A DNA stretch of 32,000 bases from contig JAJRZD010000063.1 of assembly GCA_024275415.1 (NCBI GenBank), forward strand, positions 1-32,000, in the 5' to 3' direction. Below the pieces are notes generated by a model. The model ran no database searches and was not told where the DNA came from. It worked only from the letters and a program-made list of their open reading frames with translations. A program made the translations under genes and the position numbers. Positions within the stretch are counted from its first letter, which is position 1, and each line of letters starts with the position of its first letter. The stretch is from an archaeon. Its GTDB lineage: Archaea; Asgardarchaeota; Thorarchaeia; Thorarchaeales; Thorarchaeaceae. This document shows positions 26,904-32,000 of the stretch, one piece after another.

Positions 26904-28208
26904 CTATTCATTTCCCCTGATAACAATGGCAAACTCGCTTGCCAACCTACCATACCATTCGAGCAAATCACGCATGTTATCCACATGACGATAGGTTCCA
27001 TTGCCGTATTGGGCAAGTGCCAACATGAGTTCCTCATCCAGTTCGCTTCGTTCGCCCAACCCTATAGTGTACATCACAAAGCGGTTGCGGTCAGGAAAAC
27101 GCTCTTTCATTATCTTCAAGGGGGGAGGGCCAGCTGTCGTCATTCCATCCGTCAACAGGATAATCATTGTCGGTTTGCTTGGGTCTCCGAATGCCTCAAG
27201 CACATCTGCGGCTTTGGCTAGAGCATTCCCCATATTCGTGAGTGTTCCACCTTCTTCTACCTTATCCACAACATGAGTGCTTATGATTTGAAGCCCTAGA
27301 GCTTTCTCACGTCCCGTACATTCTACAAAGGGCTGGACGTCACCTGTGTCTGCATTCAAGAAAGTCATCTCTTGGACTTCCTTCTCGAATGTGATGACAC
27401 CGACCTTCTCTCCGTACCCTCGTCCTACCTTCTCAGCAAGGTAAAGCAAGACCGCCATTGCTGCAGCCTCGGCCCTGCTTACACTACCGCCTTCATTGAA
27501 CCTATCAAGAAATGCCTGTACTTCAGGGTTGTCACCTGCAAGATCCTTTAGTCCCTCACGAGCATGTGCTATGTCCTGAACAGGAACATCAGTAGTCTTC
27601 ATCGAACCGCTGGTGTCAATGCACAGAATCGCATTGAATGGCGTCGCGATACCGATAGTCTTGAACTGGTAACCGGTTTTTTCTTTCAAAGCCTCGAAAG
27701 CCAGCTTCGCAAAGCTCTTACCTGTAAGATTAGGTCGAGTGTTCATTATCTCTACTTTCACATCCAAGTCGGGCCAGTTGAAGGACATGCTTGGGTATAC
27801 CAGTCGTCCATCAATGAGTTCCTCAAGGGAATCCACCTTCTCTGCCGCTTTTGTGACAAGGTCTTCCGCATTCGCATCTTCAGAGAGAGGTTTGAGACCA
27901 AACTCCACATATTCGAGAGCAATCATATCACGCTCATATAGGGTGACATCTACAATATCACCTTCCATCAAAAGTGATGCTTCCAAAACCAAGGTGTCAA
28001 TGTAAATCTGGTCTTCAGGTACATCATTGCTTTTTCGAATTTCTGCAGCACCCCAGAAACTGCTCTCGGGGTCTTCAAAGACGACGATGGATCCAATCTC
28101 TGCATCCAGTGTTTCAGCGACCTTCGGATTCAAAGTTGCATAACCACGAAGATCCCCACCATCTACAATCTCAAGACTTACCTTCGCGACGATCGTGATT
28201 GCCTCCAT
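26904..28208 (-). CDS. Cdc48/VAT N-domain-like (double-psi barrel plus beta-clam) protein fused to a vWA domain with an intact MIDAS
   Basis: RGYATLNPKVAETLDAEIGSIVVF...IYIDTLVLEASLLMEGDIVDV resembles the CDC48_N pattern. vWA motifs: ILCIDTSGS, GTLT, IILLTDG and YTIGLG. Confidence 0.8.
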   Translation of the reverse strand: MEAITIVAKVSLEIVDGGDLRGYATLNPKVAETLDAEIGSIVVFEDPESSFWGAAEIRKSNDVPEDQIYIDTLVLEASLLMEGDIVDVTLYERDMIALEYVEFGLKPLSEDANAEDLVTKAAEKVDSLEELIDGRLVYPSMSFNWPDLDVKVEIMNTRPNLTGKSFAKLAFEALKEKTGYQFKTIGIATPFNAILCIDTSGSMKTTDVPVQDIAHAREGLKDLAGDNPEVQAFLDRFNEGGSVSRAEAAAMAVLLYLAEKVGRGYGEKVGVITFEKEVQEMTFLNADTGDVQPFVECTGREKALGLQIISTHVVDKVEEGGTLTNMGNALAKAADVLEAFGDPSKPTMIILLTDGMTTAGPPPLKIMKERFPDRNRFVMYTIGLGERSELDEELMLALAQYGNGTYRHVDNMRDLLEWYGRLASEFAIVIRGNE

Positions 28209-28238
28209 TATTCCTTACTTTATTCTGCTCGTTAAGGG

Positions 28239-28245
28239 ATATAAA
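28239..28245 (-). promoter_or_regulatory. Candidate TATA box (TTTATAT) about 30 nt upstream of the Cdc48N-vWA start
   Basis: Lies in the 52-bp gap between the genes; spacing fits a leaderless or short-leader transcript. Confidence 0.45.
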
Positions 28246-28260
28246 CAATGGTACACTGTG

Positions 28261-29766
28261 CTAGCGCCCCAAGAGCTTCGGGATAGAACCTATAAAGGGT
28301 GCCTCTTCCTTTTCATAGTTTGTGTTCTTGGTCAGATGCCTGATGATTTCTTCTCCGATATTGGCAGTTGCATAATATGTTGTTCGTACCGAATCTTTCC
28401 CTCGGGTCCGAATCGATGCAACAGTGAGCACATCGCCAGGATTCTCTCGGATCCATAAATGAGACTCGTACCCTTTGCTCTTGTTTCTCAGTGTCACGAT
28501 GTACGAATCATGGTGAATGCCATTGTACCCGCCATCCCCAACACTTCGAACTCGGGGCCATGTATTCTTGGGAGGGATCATCATATCAACTGACGACAGA
28601 TCCCACTCGCTCTGATGGATGATCTGAACAAGCGCGTCTTCCACTTGTGATCTAAGAGTGCCACTCGTGTTCGGGCATGCCATTTGTTTCGAGAGAGCCT
28701 TGCTCTCAAGGCCAGAATTGAAAGGCTTCTGAACCAATGACAGAGTATTGCCACCAAGAATACGCTGGACATCTGATAGATCCCCAGGAAAATCTCGTGA
28801 AAGAGCTTGCAAGATGAATTCGGCACCCTGGACTGAGAGGAAGCTGTAATCGGTTCCAAAAAGAAGTGTTTCAGACCAGTTTCTCGGTTGTACTCTCTCG
28901 GATGCCATCTCGAAGAGAAGGGGGATATCCTGATCATGTAATGTGGAAGTGTCGGCTGTAAATGCAGGGTCTTTGAGGACATCGTAAAGCTTTGGTGATG
29001 CTGGGCTCATCCCGCAATGTGCCAGAATAACCTTGAGATTGCCAATTGACTCCTGATAACGAGGGTCTTCTCTCATAGTAGTCACTAATTGATGAATTCG
29101 AGTCACGGTCCGTATGTTCCGAGTATCAAACAAGACGGGAATTCGAAGTTCTGCTGCTCGATACACGACCCGCTGAACCATCTCATCCTCTAACTCATCG
29201 ATGAACAGCTGAGCCAGAGGATGTAGTTTGAGACCTCTAAGACCAAGATCTAGGATTGCACGATCTAATTCCCGTACCGCAATATCATCATCACCACGGG
29301 TAGCATCTGTCGGATCCACTCTTGCAAATCCGATCAACCTGCTGGAATGAGGAGCGCGTGTAGTCCAACCAGCAATTTTATCATTCGATATCTTGAAGGA
29401 TGCAGAACCATCAGAGTTCTGCTTGGAATAGTCGTCAGAGTATGGGAATACTATTGTTCTGTCAACAAGCCAGCCATGCTTCATCCTACTCCAACTATCA
29501 CGGCTTGAGAAAATCTTGGCGACGAATGGTGTCGGAATGGCATCCACGGGCTCAAATAGCAGCTCATCCCGTTCGATAGCCCTCTCGGCCAACCGCCTCA
29601 TCTCAAACCAGAGAAGCTGGAAGAACTCGTACGACCCTGTGGGAGTATTCCTGTGAGTCTTCTCACGTCCCATATGATGATGTGCATCAACAAGATAGAG
29701 ATGAAACAGGTCATCTTTCTTGATGGATTGTTCAGGGATGTCTTCAATAGCTCGTATCACGAGCAT
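28261..29766 (-). CDS. Amidohydrolase-superfamily TIM-barrel metalloenzyme (Amidohydro_2-like) with an extra C-terminal alpha/beta domain
   Basis: VDAHHH, GFARVDP, GLRGLKLHP, ILAHCG, DTS and LLFGTDY motifs, plus QRILGGN. Confidence 0.88.
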   Translation of the reverse strand: MLVIRAIEDIPEQSIKKDDLFHLYLVDAHHHMGREKTHRNTPTGSYEFFQLLWFEMRRLAERAIERDELLFEPVDAIPTPFVAKIFSSRDSWSRMKHGWLVDRTIVFPYSDDYSKQNSDGSASFKISNDKIAGWTTRAPHSSRLIGFARVDPTDATRGDDDIAVRELDRAILDLGLRGLKLHPLAQLFIDELEDEMVQRVVYRAAELRIPVLFDTRNIRTVTRIHQLVTTMREDPRYQESIGNLKVILAHCGMSPASPKLYDVLKDPAFTADTSTLHDQDIPLLFEMASERVQPRNWSETLLFGTDYSFLSVQGAEFILQALSRDFPGDLSDVQRILGGNTLSLVQKPFNSGLESKALSKQMACPNTSGTLRSQVEDALVQIIHQSEWDLSSVDMMIPPKNTWPRVRSVGDGGYNGIHHDSYIVTLRNKSKGYESHLWIRENPGDVLTVASIRTRGKDSVRTTYYATANIGEEIIRHLTKNTNYEKEEAPFIGSIPKLLGR

Positions 29767-29905
29767 AGGTCGTCAGCACCTCGTGGGAGAAGAGATAGCG
29801 GTGCAAGTGATAAACTATTGCATATCTTTAGATGGATGAGATACACTTTAGACATAAAACGTTTCATTCCAACTGAAGAGCGTAGAGTAGAGGAAGATAG
29901 AAGAA

Positions 29906-32000
29906 ATGTTAGTTGTTGAGGACAGGGACACGAACGAGGTAACAAGGTTCTTCGTGATTGACGCATATGCGAAACTAGGCTCCATCCAGATTGGAACAGA
30001 TATTCAGGTCTTCGATCCTCAACGCTTACTGAGATATTATGCACTTTTAGAAAATCAACTATTCGACTTCGCAGCACGATATTCTGAGGCTTTCAAGTAT
30101 CTCCCGAGAAGAGCATATTCATACCTATCTAAACCCCCGCTTCTTAGTGATATAACTGCAAGCCTAGCATCATCGGGAAATGATTTCTGGACAGTGGATC
30201 AATTCGTCATTCACCCGTTGACTGAGATCTCTTCAAAACCCCTTCCACGATACCAACAAAAGAACAATGTAGAATCATGTGTTAGATGGTCGACCCAGAC
30301 AGGTGTCGCTCCGAGATTGTACAATGTTTCAGATCTAGATGTGGATAGTAGCAGGTACAATTGGGCGGTGTCGATAGATGCATCGGCCCTCTCGAAGACT
30401 ATGAAAAGGTCTTTGAGCAACGAACTGCTAAAGGCAATAAACCATAGTCAGCCTATCTATATCCGAATCGAGAGAAAGGAAGAAATAGCGCGCCTCCTTG
30501 AATGGCTTGTTGTCCTCAAGGACGCTGGAATGCCTAGTCCTACGATATTCCTTGCAGTGACCGAGCATAGAGGATGGGAAAACGAGCTGCTGAAACTTCT
30601 CCAGATGAAGGGGGTTCATCTGCTTTTGTCTGGGGCGACCATAGGCTCATTATCAACCCTCATCAACAGATTGAAAGATTCGGAAAGAACCGATGAGTGG
30701 TCAAAGAAATTCATGTATGCTAGCTCATATCCTGAAACCCAGAAAGGCGACAGTCTTACAGAGATTCTCAGCTTCTTTATGAGCAGGAATCTTGATGCCT
30801 CACGCATAGAGATCCAAAGGGTTCTTGGGGGTAACATGATACAGGCATTAGCACCAATAAATGACCGCCTTACTTTTGAGCCCAGTAAGTCGTCAGTGGC
30901 TGCGGAAGGTGTGTTTGGGAAACCAGCATTTCTTGAGCTGCTTCGTCTGTTCAGATTGCTGTCCACACAGAAACAGCTTGAGATACTATCTGCGGAGATG
31001 GTGACTGATAATCAGGGAGGGCACGTTAAACTGGGCTCAATCATACTTTCGATCAGAGCATCTAAACAGAACAAGTTTCGGAAAGTCCTCATCCAACAGG
31101 AACGAGACGAATCATTGAGAGTGATTGGATGGCAAAAGCCTTTCAACGTTGCCTATCAAACAAGGGATTGGGTAACGCTACAAACCCAAGCCCGGGCATC
31201 AGTGAAAGGGCCAGTCCTAGATTCACCAAGCCATGTTGGTACATTCAATAGGATGCTCCTTGACATCTTGGGAATACGGGACTCTGTGGGCGTATTGTCA
31301 TCATTACATTATGGTATTGAAGAAACTGGGATGAAGGCTGGCTATATCGGTCTTTGCACGGAGGATGCCAAAGCAATAGGTGTGAAAGAAGGAAATCTTG
31401 TCACAGTCTTGGATGCAGATTCGAATCACCTTTGGGGTGCAATTGTACAGACCAGTCGTGGTTGCCCTTCCAAAAGAGTGGGGGTATCAAGAAACGACCT
31501 GAAGTGTTATGGCATGGACGCGTCCTCACAGGTAGACATTGTCAAATACGTAGACACATTATCCGAATGCGACAGAGTTTTGCTTACCTATAGGAGAACA
31601 TTAGGCTTTACCAACTCAGAGCTTGCTGCATTCCTGCACATGACAAGCGATGAAATCATCGAGTCGGTGACCAGCCGGATAATAGGATTGGGAACTCGCT
31701 TCGTGACTGCTAAAGGTTTAGAATTAGAGGTGCGGAGAACAGCACCGCCAATAAGAAAAGGAGAGCTTAGCAAGGCAAACAATGCAGCAATAGAGATACA
31801 GCCAATAGAATTCCTAAATGAATTGAACGTGATCCTTGTGCTGGGCAACGGCAATGATATGTTGGTACGTGATGTAAAGATAACAACCCCAGAGGTGATC
31901 CGGAAATCACTTGACACATTCTCAAAAGAAATCCCTGAGATTGGCGCCTTTTTGAGTTCCATGGGAAAAATCGAGCATAGATGGAGTATCTCAGCCATAT
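29906..32000 (+). CDS. Edge-truncated fusion protein (at least 698 aa): inactive amidohydrolase-like domain, Cdc48-N-like domain, and start of a MIDAS-less vWA domain
   Basis: Manual translation shows an open frame from ATG 29906 to the window end, absent from the ORF track because it has no stop in the window. It aligns colinearly with the 28261-29766 and 26904-28208 proteins. Confidence 0.85.
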   Translation, partial: MLVVEDRDTNEVTRFFVIDAYAKLGSIQIGTDIQVFDPQRLLRYYALLENQLFDFAARYSEAFKYLPRRAYSYLSKPPLLSDITASLASSGNDFWTVDQFVIHPLTEISSKPLPRYQQKNNVESCVRWSTQTGVAPRLYNVSDLDVDSSRYNWAVSIDASALSKTMKRSLSNELLKAINHSQPIYIRIERKEEIARLLEWLVVLKDAGMPSPTIFLAVTEHRGWENELLKLLQMKGVHLLLSGATIGSLSTLINRLKDSERTDEWSKKFMYASSYPETQKGDSLTEILSFFMSRNLDASRIEIQRVLGGNMIQALAPINDRLTFEPSKSSVAAEGVFGKPAFLELLRLFRLLSTQKQLEILSAEMVTDNQGGHVKLGSIILSIRASKQNKFRKVLIQQERDESLRVIGWQKPFNVAYQTRDWVTLQTQARASVKGPVLDSPSHVGTFNRMLLDILGIRDSVGVLSSLHYGIEETGMKAGYIGLCTEDAKAIGVKEGNLVTVLDADSNHLWGAIVQTSRGCPSKRVGVSRNDLKCYGMDASSQVDIVKYVDTLSECDRVLLTYRRTLGFTNSELAAFLHMTSDEIIESVTSRIIGLGTRFVTAKGLELEVRRTAPPIRKGELSKANNAAIEIQPIEFLNELNVILVLGNGNDMLVRDVKITTPEVIRKSLDTFSKEIPEIGAFLSSMGKIEHRWSISAI

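Noticed and set aside
28208-28263. Possible readthrough fusion of the amidohydrolase into the Cdc48N-vWA gene, mimicking the divergent fusion
   Set aside because: The 52-nt gap puts the vWA ATG out of frame, and the gap contains its own TATA-like element.
29653-29919. 88-aa plus-strand ORF, and the short minus-strand ORFs between 29757 and 31998
   Set aside because: They overlap the amidohydrolase start or lie antisense to the long 29906 frame, which has clear homology support.
1-32000. Genome-wide reassignment of TAG to an amino acid
   Set aside because: TAG is the evident true stop of many complete genes here (e.g. 5067, 10066, 13517, 22730, 24633), several followed directly by terminators. 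Only site-specific readthrough remains possible.

Overview
Gene-dense archaeal chromosomal window, probably Asgard (Thorarchaeia-like). The taxon is an inference from TATA-box promoters, an archaeal bifunctional PGI/PMI, a C-terminally anchored peptide-binding protein and a presenilin-like protease. I saw no rRNA, tRNA, CRISPR array or mobile element. From left to right it holds: small hydrolases (HAD, alpha/beta); a PGI/PMI gene broken by one in-frame TAA; a GxGD presenilin-like protease; an Opp/Dpp peptide ABC locus with a circularly permuted binding protein and two OppC paralogs sharing identical DNA tracts; a 1151-aa GCS2-type carboxylate-amine ligase fused to about six beta-sandwich domains; DUF92; a wHTH-PfkB pseudokinase regulator with an internal TAG, divergent from an ECF S-component; stomatin/NfeD; and a CPBP protease. 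The most striking feature is at 25.7-32 kb. A HEAT-repeat protein, a Cdc48-N/vWA protein and an amidohydrolase lie next to a divergent ORF missing from the ORF track (29906 to beyond 32000). That ORF is a fused copy of the amidohydrolase and the Cdc48-N/vWA protein with its metal ligands lost. This enzyme/pseudoenzyme arrangement suggests an undescribed multi-subunit complex.
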